A stretch of 64,000 nt of DNA from Planctomycetota bacterium. GTDB taxonomy: Bacteria; Planctomycetota; GCA-002687715; CAIWVZ01. Below are positions 28,040 to 38,249 of the stretch, piece after piece. The notes under the pieces are model-generated. The model saw only the letters and a list, made by a program, of their open reading frames with translations, was not told the DNA's origin and ran no database searches. How positions within the stretch are numbered: the first letter of the stretch is position 1; each line of letters opens with the position of its first letter. The position numbers were made by a program, and so were the translations under genes. The DNA is taken from contig JBGANV010000010.1 in assembly GCA_044222185.1 (NCBI GenBank), forward strand, positions 136,554-200,553. Reading direction: 5' to 3'.

Positions 28040-29407
28040 TCACTTCTTCGCCGGCGGGGCGACGTCCATCGCCAGGCGGAAGCCGACGTCGCGCGAGCGT
28101 TCGAACAGCCCGCGCTTGAACCAGACCCAGCCGTTCGACACGTCTTCCTTGGCGCTGACGAACGAGCCGCCGCGGACCACGATGCCGTGGTCGTCGATCT
28201 TCGCCGGGTCGACGTCCTTGCCCTGGTCGTACGTCGCAGCGTATTCGGCGACGTTGCCCGCCAGATCGAGGTGTCCGAACGGCCCTCGCCCCGAAGGGAA
28301 GCTGCCGACCGGCACCGCATCGCCGACCTTGCGTTCGACGTCGTTGCACGCGTCCGCCTGCCACGCGTCGCCCCACGGGTAGGGCTTGCCTTCCTTGCCC
28401 CCGGCGGCGGCGCACCACTCGGCTTCCGTGGGGATCCGCGCGCCCTTCGACTCGGCGAACGCAAATGCCGACACGAGAGTCACGCAGCAGATCGGCTTGC
28501 GTGCCATCTCCTCCGGAAGCTCGTTGCCCACGGCGGGATCCTTCACAGGCCATAGCGGCTGGTTGGTTGCCGTGTCGAGCGGCAGGTGTTTCTTCTTGCC
28601 GGCCTCGTCCAGCGTCTTCCACCACTCGAAATACTCTGCGTGCGTGACTTCACGGAGTCCGATGTACACGTCCTTTGGAAGCGTCGTCGCGCGTCGGCCC
28701 TTGCGGCGCTGTTCCGTCCCGAACCCGGCGGTACCGAGCATCCAGTAGGCTCCGGCCGGGACCCGAGCGAACCCGGGGGGAGCGCCTCGCTGGTATTGCA
28801 TCACCGGGTCTTTCGCGATCGCGAGATCCCAGCGCGCCCGGTCGAGCCCGTCCCACGCCTTGCGGAACGTTTCGGCGGCGGGGAAGAGATCCGCCAGCGT
28901 GGCATTCCAGATTTCATGAACGGGCTTCTCGCTGCCGAGCTCGCCCAGGACGGCCTGCGCCAGGGGCTTGGGCTCGAGCGCCGCGGCCTCCAGCGCGACC
29001 TCGTTCGCGACGGTCGCGAGCCGGGTCGTGAGGTAGGGCTCGAGGAGCTGCAGCTCCGGGTTCTCGATCTTCTTGAACGCGACCGGGCCGTCCTTCTTGA
29101 GCGCGGCAGCCAGTTGCTGGCGCACCGTCGGACCCTTCTTTTGGATCGCGACCTTCGCCGGGCCGGAAACCGGTTCGAGAACGCGCGCGAGTTCCGCCGT
29201 CCAGACCTGAGTCTGATCGGCGCGCGCCTCGGCGACGATCTTCTCGACTTTCGTGTAGAGGCTTCGCGCGTCGCGCTGCGCGTCGTCGAATGCCTTCGTC
29301 GCCGCGTCCAGTGCCGCCTGCTTCTGCGCGACGTTGTCCCCAGGCTTCTGGGACAGCGCAGGAATTGCGAGTGCGGCCACGAACGTCCAGATCGCCAGTT
29401 GTCGCAT
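28040..29407 (-). CDS. Secreted FGE-sulfatase/SUMF1-domain protein
   Basis: Signal peptide; EVTHAEY, RIPTEAEW, YPWG, GPFGHLDLAGNVAEY, VRGGSF, VGFR. Confidence 0.88.
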   Translation of the reverse strand: MRQLAIWTFVAALAIPALSQKPGDNVAQKQAALDAATKAFDDAQRDARSLYTKVEKIVAEARADQTQVWTAELARVLEPVSGPAKVAIQKKGPTVRQQLAAALKKDGPVAFKKIENPELQLLEPYLTTRLATVANEVALEAAALEPKPLAQAVLGELGSEKPVHEIWNATLADLFPAAETFRKAWDGLDRARWDLAIAKDPVMQYQRGAPPGFARVPAGAYWMLGTAGFGTEQRRKGRRATTLPKDVYIGLREVTHAEYFEWWKTLDEAGKKKHLPLDTATNQPLWPVKDPAVGNELPEEMARKPICCVTLVSAFAFAESKGARIPTEAEWCAAAGGKEGKPYPWGDAWQADACNDVERKVGDAVPVGSFPSGRGPFGHLDLAGNVAEYAATYDQGKDVDPAKIDDHGIVVRGGSFVSAKEDVSNGWVWFKRGLFERSRDVGFRLAMDVAPPAKK

Positions 29408-29503
29408 GAAGTTCCCCGTCGTGGCCGGGATGCTACCACGGAGGCCCCGATCTCCGGCCTCGCCGGGTTGAACGATCGCGCGCTGGCGCGGATCCTGCCG
29501 GCC

Positions 29504-29749
29504 ATGGGGAAACCGAAACGCCCGGCGCCAGCGCCCGACGCGCCGCGCTTTACGGGCAAGGATCTCATCGGTGAGATGCTCGACCGGGATCCGCGCGTCG
29601 AAGCGGTCCTCCTGGAGTACGGACTTCCGTGCCAGTCATGCGTCGTCAAGGACTACGAAACGCTGGAGCAGGGGTGCATCCCGCTGGGGCTCAAGGCCCC
29701 GGAGATCCTGGCACGTCTGAACGCGCTGCCAGCGAGCCCCACGGGCTGA
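29504..29749 (+). CDS. Small DUF1858-like CxxC protein
   Basis: IGEMLDRDPRVEAVLLEYGLPCQSC...ETLEQGC...EILARLN; the C-terminal part of track ORF 28586..29749. Confidence 0.8.
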   Translation: MGKPKRPAPAPDAPRFTGKDLIGEMLDRDPRVEAVLLEYGLPCQSCVVKDYETLEQGCIPLGLKAPEILARLNALPASPTG

Positions 29750-31797
29750 CCTCGGCCTTCCTCCGGCCGATCGCGGATGTGCGCGGCGTGGGCCCCGCTC
29801 GCCTCGAGCGACTGACCTCCCGCGGAATCGTCACCGTCCTGGACCTGCTCCTCCACGCGCCGACGCGATATCGCACGGCCCCTCGGCTTTGGAATGGCGA
29901 ACCGTTCGAGGCCGGCGTCGAGTGGACGATTCGCGGTCTCGTCGCCTCGGCCCGTCGCGTGCGCCAGCGTCGCGGCGGCACGTTCCTCGACCTGCGACTG
30001 AAGACCGACCACGGTCTCGTTCGCGCCTGCTTCTACAACCGCGGCTGGTTGAAGCACCGTGTCGGCGCGGGCGATTCCGCGATGGTCGCCGGACGTCTCA
30101 CGTCGGGAGAAGCGCCCATGCTCGCCGGCACCGACCTGTGGGTTGGCATCCCCGATGCGGACGTGCCCTCGGTGCTCGCCGAACTCCGCCCCGTTCATCC
30201 GTCGGTACCGGGCGTCCCAGAGGGCACGATCCAGAACCTCGTGAGCGAGGCGCTGGGGCTGATCGCAGGCGAGCGCGATCCCGTCGACGGACTCGGGGCA
30301 CTCGACCTCGATCTGCCCGGCCTCGAGGCTGCGCTGCGGGCCGTGCATCAGCCGGCGACGCGCGAGGATGCCGAGAGGGGAGGGGCGCGTCTTCTGTTCG
30401 ACCGGCTCCTCGCGACGACCCTCTCGGCTCGGACCGCATTTGCCGCGCGCCCCGCGGCGTCGCCGATTCGCGCCGAACCTCGAATACGCGCGCGCATCCA
30501 GGGTCGATTTCCATTCCGCTTGACGCCCGAGCAGCAGACCGCCCTCGACGAGATCCTCGCCGACATGGAGAAACCGATCGCCATGCGGAGGCTTCTTCTC
30601 GGTGACGTCGGCAGCGGCAAGACGGCCGTCGCGACCGGTGCACTTCTCGCGGCGATCGCAGCGGGATTCCAGGGGTTGCTCGTAGCGCCGACCGAGCTCC
30701 TGGCGTCGCAGCATCACGCCACGCTCACGGCGTGGCTGGCCGGCTCTCGTGTCCGCCTCGGGTTCCTGTCGGCGCGCGATGGTCGGCCGGCGATGCGCGC
30801 GGTGAAGGAGCGGATTCGTCGTGGGGACGTGGACCTCGTGATCGGCACGCACGCGGCGCTTGCCGCCGACGTCGAATTCCCGAGGCTCGGCCTGGGTGTC
30901 GTCGACGAGCAGCATCGATTCGGGGTGATGCAGCGTCTCGCGGCGCGGCGCAAGGGCGCCGAACCGCACCTCCTCGCCATGAGCGCGACACCGATCCCGC
31001 GATCCCTCTGCCTCGCGCTTTTCGGCGAGCTCGCGATCACGAGGATCGGTGCCCGGCCGGCCGGCCGGCAGACGCCGCCGACGTTCGTCAGCGAACGCGG
31101 GGACGCGTACGCGGACCTTCGGAGTGCGATCGCTCGCGGAGAGCGGGCCTTCGTGGTGTTCCCCTCGATTGCATCCAAGGACATACCGGCGGTCGAGCGG
31201 GCGGGGCGCGCGCTGCTCCGACCGGGCGCGCCCTTGTCCGGGCTCCGGGTCGCCTTCCTTCATGGGGGGATGGATGCGGCCGCGCAGCTCTCCGAATTCG
31301 GTCGATTTCAACGCGGCGACGCGCACGTCCTGGTCGCGACGGTGATCGTGGAGGTCGGCGTCGACGTTCCCGAAGCAACCATCATGATCGTCGAGGGCGC
31401 CGACTCCTTCGGGCTCGCGAGCCTCCACCAGCTTCGGGGGCGCGTCGGTCGCGGAGCCATGCCAGCACGCGTGCATCTTCTTCCGTCGAAGCGCACCGAC
31501 GCGACGTCACCGACCGCGGCACGGCTCTCGATGCTGGCGCGCGAGAAGGATGGCTTCCGGATCGCCGAGGCGGACCTCCTCATGCGCGGCCCGGGGGATT
31601 GGTGCGGCCTGCGCCAGCACGGATTCGGGGGAGAGCTGCCGCTGGCGGCAGGTCGCGATGCGGGAATCCTCGACGCGGTCGCGCGCGCGGCCGGAGCCAT
31701 GATTGCGAGAGGGTATGATCCCGCCGGCCACCCGTATCTGTCGGCGCTCGCGTCCGCCATCGGCGGATTGCGATTCGAGCCGCGCGACGCGGTGTGA
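29746..31797 (+). CDS. recG: ATP-dependent DNA helicase RecG
   Basis: GVGP N-terminus, LLGDVGSGKT, APTELLA, VDEQHRFGV, MSATPIPRS, EVGVDVP, LHQLRGRVGRG, DGFRIAEADL.RGPG. Start uncertain (CTG 29746 or GTG 29779). Confidence 0.93.
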   Translation: MTSAFLRPIADVRGVGPARLERLTSRGIVTVLDLLLHAPTRYRTAPRLWNGEPFEAGVEWTIRGLVASARRVRQRRGGTFLDLRLKTDHGLVRACFYNRGWLKHRVGAGDSAMVAGRLTSGEAPMLAGTDLWVGIPDADVPSVLAELRPVHPSVPGVPEGTIQNLVSEALGLIAGERDPVDGLGALDLDLPGLEAALRAVHQPATREDAERGGARLLFDRLLATTLSARTAFAARPAASPIRAEPRIRARIQGRFPFRLTPEQQTALDEILADMEKPIAMRRLLLGDVGSGKTAVATGALLAAIAAGFQGLLVAPTELLASQHHATLTAWLAGSRVRLGFLSARDGRPAMRAVKERIRRGDVDLVIGTHAALAADVEFPRLGLGVVDEQHRFGVMQRLAARRKGAEPHLLAMSATPIPRSLCLALFGELAITRIGARPAGRQTPPTFVSERGDAYADLRSAIARGERAFVVFPSIASKDIPAVERAGRALLRPGAPLSGLRVAFLHGGMDAAAQLSEFGRFQRGDAHVLVATVIVEVGVDVPEATIMIVEGADSFGLASLHQLRGRVGRGAMPARVHLLPSKRTDATSPTAARLSMLAREKDGFRIAEADLLMRGPGDWCGLRQHGFGGELPLAAGRDAGILDAVARAAGAMIARGYDPAGHPYLSALASAIGGLRFEPRDAV

Positions 31798-32315
31798 TGG
31801 AGATCTCCGTGATCAAGAGTGTCAGCCTTGCAGCCGCCGTCGCCGCGGTCGTCGCGTCCGCGTTTCTCGCAGGGTGCTCGGACGAGCCACCTTCGCTCGT
31901 CAGCCGGGAGGACGTGATCTCCAAGGCTCGCGCGTTCAACGACGCCTGGGTTCGCGGTGACGTGACGGCGCTCATTCCGCAGTGCCGCCTGCCATTCCGC
32001 TACAAAGACAAGAAGCGGGTCTGGGCCTCGGAGGACGACCTGAAACTGAACCTGCAGAAGGAAGTCGTGCGGACGCAGCACCTCCTGAAGGGGTTGGATC
32101 AGTTCGAGGCGTTCTCGCGCCAGGACCTGATGGACGGCAAATGGCCACGAGCGCGCGAGATCGACGCGGCGAAGCGCGAGACCGAGATCCGGGAGATCGG
32201 CGTGGAAGTGGGCGGGTGGATCGTGCGCGTCTTCGCCGAGGGCAAGCCGGGTTACACGATCGTCTTCAACGCGGACGGGGTGTCACAGGTTCGGGCCCAG
32301 GTCGTCGACATTTGA
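31794..32315 (+). CDS. Putative lipoprotein
   Basis: Hydrophobic signal ending in lipobox FLAGC; overlaps the recG stop. Confidence 0.8.
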   Translation: MMEISVIKSVSLAAAVAAVVASAFLAGCSDEPPSLVSREDVISKARAFNDAWVRGDVTALIPQCRLPFRYKDKKRVWASEDDLKLNLQKEVVRTQHLLKGLDQFEAFSRQDLMDGKWPRAREIDAAKRETEIREIGVEVGGWIVRVFAEGKPGYTIVFNADGVSQVRAQVVDI

Positions 32316-32750
32316 GGGACCGCGGGATTCGCGACCGTTGGCGTCAGTGCGGTCTGCCCGCTCGCGCCGCGTCGTGCGATGCCGCAGGGTGGGTCGCGAC
32401 GCGGCGTTCGGATGGCTTCCGCAGATCGAATTTGGACCGGCCGCTCGTCCCGCGCTGCGAACCCCTGATGCTGTCGCGGTGCGCCCCGTCTTGATGCCCT
32501 GCAGTACGAGCGACGCGCCCTGGAGTGAGCGCTTGCATACGCGCGCGATCACCGATGGTGCGAGCGTCGCCGACGACACACGGAGTTGTTGAACCCGAAG
32601 GTTCGGCTCGCGATCGGTCGACCGCAGCGAGCCGGGCTCTGGCCCTCCGCGACGCGACGTCGCCGGAGTGCGGATGAAACCGCCCACTGGGGAACGGCTC
32701 GCCCTCCCGCGAAGCGCCGCAGACGCGACGGCTGGCGGAGACGACGATGC

Positions 32751-32789
32751 AAAAAAAGAGCGCGTGACCCTTTGCAGGACCACGCGCCC
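32751..32789 (-). terminator. Intrinsic terminator of the Clp-like ATPase gene
   Basis: Minus strand GGGCGCGTGGTCC-TGCAAA-GGGTCACGCGCTC followed by T7. Confidence 0.85.
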
Positions 32790-32875
32790 ACCTCCGTCCT
32801 GGAGTTCTTGCTCCGACCGCGGTCTCCCACGGTCGGTTTTCTCGCCGGAGGCCTGAAACTCCGGCGCGAATGCGT

Positions 32876-34243
32876 TCACGGATTCGTCGCGGGGACGACC
32901 TCCTCGACTTCCGCGTTGACCGGCGTTGCGCACGGTTCGAAGGAGAATTCCTTGTTCTTCGAACGGACGCGCACGGACATGCCTTCGTTGACTCGACGCT
33001 CGAGAAGTAGGTCCGTCAGCGGGGTCTCGATCTCGCGCTTGATGGTGCGCTTCAGCTCGCGACCGCCGCACTCCTTCTTCCAGCCGAGGTCGACGATGGC
33101 GCGCTTGACGTTCTGGTCGTAGATGACCTCGATGCCCGCGCGCTTTGCGATCTGGGCCAGATCCTTCAGCATGAGGTCCGCGATGCGGATGCTGTCATTT
33201 CGTGAGAGCGTGTTGAACACGAGGACGTCGTCGAGGCGGTTCAGGAACTCCGGCCGGAACGCCTTCTTCAGCGCTTCGTGGATCTCCTGCGTCATCTGCT
33301 CGAAGGGCACCTCTTCACGCTTGAGTGAATCGAACCCGATCGCGCCGCGTGCCTGCTCGACCTCGCGTACGCCCAGGTTGCTCGTCATGAGGACCAGTGC
33401 GTTGCGGAACGAAACCTTGAAGCCCTTCGAGTCGGTCACCGTGCCTTCGTCCAGGAGCTGGAGAAGGATGTGGTGCATCTTCGTGTGAGCTTTCTCGATC
33501 TCGTCGAAGAGAACGATGAACTCGTCGAGCTCCTTGGCGGCCTCCGTCAGGTATCCGCCCTCGTTGTGACCGATGTACCCCGGCGGGGCGCCGATGAGTT
33601 TCGCGTACTCGTGCGGCAGCGCGTACTCCGAGCAGTCCACTCGGATGAGGCGCGACTGAGACCCGTAGAGGTACTCCGCCATCGCCTTCGCCAGCTCGGT
33701 CTTCCCCACGCCCACGTGCCCGACGAAGAGGAATGCACCGACGGGGCGGCGCGGATCGCGGAGGCCGACGCCCGCCTTCTTCACCGCCCGCGAGACGATG
33801 TCGATGGCGTGCTCCTGCCCGATCACGCGCTTCTTCAGCTCGTTGTCGAGCGTCATGAGCTTGTCGAGCTGCTCCTCCGTCAGTCTCGGTCGCGGCGGGA
33901 GCTGGCTTCCGGCTTCCGTCTTGCCGTTGCCGGCTCCGGGAACCGGCACCGAGACCTGGTGGATCTCGAATGCCGGGTTCACCTCGACGCAGAGAAGGTA
34001 GAGGAGTTCGACGAGGTCCTGTCCCGTTGCAGATCGGGATGGGCGGTCGACCCGCCCTTCGAGGTCAGGGTTGTGCTCGAGCACTGCCACCCGCACCACG
34101 TGCCGCTGAAACGCGGCCTTGTTGGACATCGTCGCGTTCTCGAGGACCCGCTTGGCTTCCTCATCCGCGAAGACTCGGATCCGGACGAACTCGTCCAGAG
34201 CCTCGCAATACTTCAATACGAGGTTGAATTCGGCACGCATCAT
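32876..34243 (-). CDS. Single-AAA+ Clp ATPase (ClpA/B/C D2-like) with unrecognised N-terminal domain
   Basis: RVIGQEHA, FLFVGHVGVGKTELAK, RVDCSEY, GAPPGYIG, LFDEIEKAH, MTSNLG, FRPEFLNRLD. Only ~130 aa precede this module. Confidence 0.88.
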   Translation of the reverse strand: MMRAEFNLVLKYCEALDEFVRIRVFADEEAKRVLENATMSNKAAFQRHVVRVAVLEHNPDLEGRVDRPSRSATGQDLVELLYLLCVEVNPAFEIHQVSVPVPGAGNGKTEAGSQLPPRPRLTEEQLDKLMTLDNELKKRVIGQEHAIDIVSRAVKKAGVGLRDPRRPVGAFLFVGHVGVGKTELAKAMAEYLYGSQSRLIRVDCSEYALPHEYAKLIGAPPGYIGHNEGGYLTEAAKELDEFIVLFDEIEKAHTKMHHILLQLLDEGTVTDSKGFKVSFRNALVLMTSNLGVREVEQARGAIGFDSLKREEVPFEQMTQEIHEALKKAFRPEFLNRLDDVLVFNTLSRNDSIRIADLMLKDLAQIAKRAGIEVIYDQNVKRAIVDLGWKKECGGRELKRTIKREIETPLTDLLLERRVNEGMSVRVRSKNKEFSFEPCATPVNAEVEEVVPATNP

Positions 34244-34504
34244 CGTCGTGACCGCCCCCCAACGCCTGGCTTCGAACTGTTTCCACTCCGCGACGACCGG
34301 GACTTCCGACGACCGGTCCCGCGGACGCTTCTTTCTTTCGGCCGTTTCCGGCCCGGACAAAAGACGGCCGCCGTGATTCACGCCAGACCGTCGGCTTCCG
34401 CGACAGGGCATGGGAGCTTCGTTCCTGACGCCTCGCAGTTTGACTCCGTGCGTGCGGAGCGCGTACGATCGCGCCTCGATCGAATGCCATGAATCTCCCC
34501 ACGC

Positions 34505-35629
34505 ATGCTGCAACCAGGTAGTCCTGACGACGTTCGCTTCGCGGCGCGGATGGTCGTCGACGGCATCCTCCCGGAAGAGACGATCCGCGCCGTGCTGGCG
34601 AAGCAGAAAGAGCTCCGCGAGCGCGGGAAACCGCTTTCGGTCCCGGAGATCTGCCTCCGAAAGGGTTGGCTCACGCCTTCGGAAGTCAGGTGGTTCGCAT
34701 CCGGCGACGTAGTGCCCGCTGATCTACTGCCGGGCCTTCAGCTCGGTGAGCGCCTCGGCATCGGCGGCATGAGTTCCGTCTTTCGAGCGATCGACACCAC
34801 CTCGCGGGCGCCGGTCGCGGTGAAGATCCTCCTCCCGCGGCTCGCGCGCGATCCGAATGCCCGCAAGCGCTTCGAGATGGAGGCCGACATGCTGTGTCGC
34901 CTCCGACATCCGAACCTCGTTCAGGGCTTCTATCGGTACTCACACGAGAATCTTCACTACCTCGTGATGGAACTCGTCGACGGCGGAACGGCCCTCGACC
35001 GCCTCGACAAATCGGGCCCCTTCGGCGAATCGGATGCGCTCGCGTTGATCCGTCAGGCGGCGCAGGCGTTGCAGTACATGCACCAGCAGGGCCTCGTCCA
35101 TCGGGACGTCAAGCCAGGCAACGTCCTGCTCGGGCCGGGCGGCGTCGCGAAGCTGTGCGACCTCGGAGTGGCGGTGGCCGCAGGCGACGTCGCGGATTCG
35201 TCGACGACCTCTGGGACCGTGCACTACCTTGCGCCGGAACAGGCGAGCGGCGAAGCGACGCTCGATACTCGCGCGGATATCTACGCGCTCGGCGTGACGT
35301 TGTTCCAGCTCACGATGGGGAAGCTGCCCTTCGAGGGGAATTCAGACGAGGAACAGCTCTCCAAGCGTGTGTTCGAGGAGCTCCGGGCGAAGGAACTGAA
35401 AGGGCTCGGGGTCTCGCATCACCTGCACTACTTCATCAAGAAGATGATGGCTCGAGAGCGTGAGTTCCGGTACCAGACTCCGGGCGAACTCATCGCGGAC
35501 ATCGAGGAGACGATTGCTGGCCACGACACCGTTCGGGGCCCGGCACCATCCCGTCCGCGGATCACGTCCAAGTCCGGCGGGCCGGGTCCGGCAAACGGGC
35601 GGCCGTCCGGCGACCGCCGACGCGGTTGA
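34505..35629 (+). CDS. Hanks-type Ser/Thr protein kinase
   Basis: LGIGGMSSV, VAVK, HRDVKPGN, DLG, GTVHYLAPEQ, DIYALG. Confidence 0.92.
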   Translation: MLQPGSPDDVRFAARMVVDGILPEETIRAVLAKQKELRERGKPLSVPEICLRKGWLTPSEVRWFASGDVVPADLLPGLQLGERLGIGGMSSVFRAIDTTSRAPVAVKILLPRLARDPNARKRFEMEADMLCRLRHPNLVQGFYRYSHENLHYLVMELVDGGTALDRLDKSGPFGESDALALIRQAAQALQYMHQQGLVHRDVKPGNVLLGPGGVAKLCDLGVAVAAGDVADSSTTSGTVHYLAPEQASGEATLDTRADIYALGVTLFQLTMGKLPFEGNSDEEQLSKRVFEELRAKELKGLGVSHHLHYFIKKMMAREREFRYQTPGELIADIEETIAGHDTVRGPAPSRPRITSKSGGPGPANGRPSGDRRRG

Positions 35630-35643
35630 GGAGGGGATTCACT

Positions 35644-36891
35644 GTGTCGACCTCGATGCTCGCGCGCGCCTGCGGATTGGCCGTTCTCCTTCTCGCGTCC
35701 CTGGCGCTTCGTGGCCAGGAGAGCCGACCGGTCGACCAGAACGATGCCGCCGCGCTTCATGCGGAGGGTGTTCGCAAGGCCGAAGCGGGTGAGATCGACG
35801 CGGCGCTCGGGATCCTCGAACGCGCGCGATCGCTGGACCCGAAGAGCCGCGAAACGACGTTGAGCCTCGCTCGTGTCATCGCCCGCCGCGGCCAGATCCG
35901 TTTCGAACAGGCCGACTACGCCGGAGCCCAGGCAGATCTCGAGCGATCGCTCGGATTGGTGCCCGCCGAAGCCGTGACTCGTGTCCAGCTCGCCATCGTG
36001 CTTCGCGCCAAGGGTGACATCATCCACGCGCGCAGGGAGATCGAGCGCGCCATCGCCGATGGCCCTGCGCTGCCCTCCGGCTTCGAGGAATTGGGTCGGA
36101 TCGCGTACGAGGACGACGAGCTCGGTGAGTCCCTCGACTCACTCGACACGGCGCTGAAGCTCGACACCAGGCCAACCTCGGCATTGAAGGAGTTCCGCGC
36201 GAAGGTGAGCCGCGAGTGGGAGGTCGAGAAGAACTTTTTTCGCACCGAGCGGGGCGCGTTCATCGTCAAGTTCGACGACCAGACCTTCAAGCAGATTGGC
36301 GATGCGGTGCTCGACCTGCTCGATGCCGCGGAGATGAAGGCTCGTCAGACGCTCGGGCACGTCCCGCCCCGGCGAGTCTCCCTCGTCCTCTACACCGGCG
36401 GAGACTTCGCGTCCGTGACCGGCGCCCACCAATGGACCGCGGGCCTGTTCGACGGCAAGATCCGCCTTCCCGTCCGGAACTTCTCCGCCGCACGCGAACA
36501 GATCGGCCGCACGCTCGTCCACGAGTACACGCACCTCGTCGTTCGCGACCTGACGCGGCACTGTCCGGTCTGGCTGAACGAGGGGCTCGCCCAGGTCGCG
36601 GAAGGGCGCGAGGTGCCTGTCGTCAAACCCATGCTGAAGGCGGCCCGGGATCTCCCACACGTGGCCGAGCTGCCGGCCAGCTGGATGAGCATCCGCGAGG
36701 TCGACCGTGTGCATCTGCTCTACGCGCACGCGCTGGGCTTCACGTCGTACCTCGTCGAGCGGTACGGCTACCGGACCATCCGTGCCGTCTTGGAGAAGCT
36801 CCAGGGGAAGGCGTCGTTCGGCGACGTCTTCGCTGGCGAGTTCGGCAAGTCCCTCGTCGAGGTCGAGGACGACTGGCGGCGCGACCTCTGA
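35644..36891 (+). CDS. TPR + gluzincin (peptidase MA-like) metallopeptidase, secreted
   Basis: Signal peptide, TPR-like helices, HEYTH...PVWLNEGLAQ. Confidence 0.85.
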   Translation: MSTSMLARACGLAVLLLASLALRGQESRPVDQNDAAALHAEGVRKAEAGEIDAALGILERARSLDPKSRETTLSLARVIARRGQIRFEQADYAGAQADLERSLGLVPAEAVTRVQLAIVLRAKGDIIHARREIERAIADGPALPSGFEELGRIAYEDDELGESLDSLDTALKLDTRPTSALKEFRAKVSREWEVEKNFFRTERGAFIVKFDDQTFKQIGDAVLDLLDAAEMKARQTLGHVPPRRVSLVLYTGGDFASVTGAHQWTAGLFDGKIRLPVRNFSAAREQIGRTLVHEYTHLVVRDLTRHCPVWLNEGLAQVAEGREVPVVKPMLKAARDLPHVAELPASWMSIREVDRVHLLYAHALGFTSYLVERYGYRTIRAVLEKLQGKASFGDVFAGEFGKSLVEVEDDWRRDL

Positions 36892-36944
36892 CTCTCGGGC
36901 TGCGCGCGCGGTAGCATGTCGCGGCCTCGACCGGCCGCACCCCC

Positions 36945-38216
36945 ATGCCCATTCGTCGCGACCTTTGGACTCTGGCGCTCGTCGGACTCGTGTTGTTCGC
37001 TGCTGCCGTCGTCATGCGGAGCGGCGGCGGTGCCGCGGTCACCCAGAAGCCGGATGGCGTCCGGGAGACACGCGGTGATCGCCCAGTCGAAGCGCTGCCC
37101 GCGGACCCGCGACGCCCGTCCGATCTCCCGCGTCACCGGCCGTTCGAGGCGCGCGCGAACCCGCCGCCGAGCTCGGCTGATGCGGGCATCGCCGAGGGCA
37201 TCGCCGTGCGCGTCGTGGACTCGACCGACAATCCACGCGCTGCAACCACCATCGAGCTGCGTGCCGCCGCGCCTGGCGGCGGCGCCGGCGCGATCATCGG
37301 TGATCCCGTCGTCACCGATTCTCGGGGCCTCGCATCCGTCCTGATTCCTCTGCCGAGTCGGAAGCGGGAACTCGTGCTCACGACGGGCCTGCTGCTCGAG
37401 GAGCCGCTCGCGATCGCCGTCTCACCGTCGGCGGCGCAGCCGATCCTCCTTCGCACGCCCGAGGTCGGCGCGGTCGAGATCCGATTGGTCGACGAGAACG
37501 GTGCCGTATTCGCCGCGAACGCCGAGGCGTGGATCCTGCTCGGGACGAACGATCCTCCGGCGGATCCGGTGGTGCGACAGCGCCACCGCCGGCCGTTCAT
37601 TGCAGGCGTAGCGCGTTTCGAGGGAGTCGAGGCGGGTACCGTCGTCCTCGTCGAGGCTCGTTTCGACGACGCGGCGCTGGTCACGATCCCGCGCCTCATC
37701 GAGGGACCGTCGGCCGAAGGAGCCACTTCGACAGTCACGCTGGCTGCACGCCGCCGTGACATGGCTGCGGCCTCGGGACACTCGGTGGCCGACGATGGCG
37801 GCGTGTCGCGACCGGGCATCAAGCGCCATTCCGCCGTTCAGGGCCCGGCCGCGGCGGGAGGCTCGGCCCCGGCCGCCGCGTCGGCCCTCGCCGTCACCCT
37901 GAAGCCATACGAGGCCCTGCCACACTGGCCGCTCTCGATCCAGTTGGAACTCACCACTCCCACGGGCGGTGCCGTGGTGGACGCACGCGTGGATGCGAAG
38001 GGGAAGGCCGCGCTCGTCGCGCCCGCCGGGCGGTACGAGATCCGGATGCGTTTGTTCAGGGCGGCACCGGATGGTTGGACCTCCGTCGAGCTTCGGGGCG
38101 AGAGTGCCGCGCCGCTGCGCACGGAGATTCGCAGCGGCACGGTTGCGAGTCAGGTCATCGACCTGGACTCTGACGCGATCGCAGCCGCAGTGGCGCGGCT
38201 GGTGACCGACGGGTGA
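36945..38216 (+). CDS. Membrane-anchored hypothetical protein (prealbumin/carboxypeptidase-regulatory-like beta domains possible)
   Basis: N-terminal TM; VRVVDS, VTDSRGLA, IRLVDENG, PAGRYEI motifs. Confidence 0.65.
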   Translation: MPIRRDLWTLALVGLVLFAAAVVMRSGGGAAVTQKPDGVRETRGDRPVEALPADPRRPSDLPRHRPFEARANPPPSSADAGIAEGIAVRVVDSTDNPRAATTIELRAAAPGGGAGAIIGDPVVTDSRGLASVLIPLPSRKRELVLTTGLLLEEPLAIAVSPSAAQPILLRTPEVGAVEIRLVDENGAVFAANAEAWILLGTNDPPADPVVRQRHRRPFIAGVARFEGVEAGTVVLVEARFDDAALVTIPRLIEGPSAEGATSTVTLAARRRDMAAASGHSVADDGGVSRPGIKRHSAVQGPAAAGGSAPAAASALAVTLKPYEALPHWPLSIQLELTTPTGGAVVDARVDAKGKAALVAPAGRYEIRMRLFRAAPDGWTSVELRGESAAPLRTEIRSGTVASQVIDLDSDAIAAAVARLVTDG

Positions 38217-38249
38217 GCAAGGCTCCGTCCGTCGATCCGCTGTCGCGGT

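Noticed and set aside
28040-29407. FGE-domain protein as a true formylglycine-generating enzyme or DGR target
   Set aside because: It lacks the catalytic Cys pair near RGGSF, and no reverse transcriptase or template repeat is in the window.
32316-32750. 435-bp gap as an ncRNA or a copy of the repeat family
   Set aside because: Only short GC stems. I could not align it to the 317-bp unit or to a known RNA by eye.
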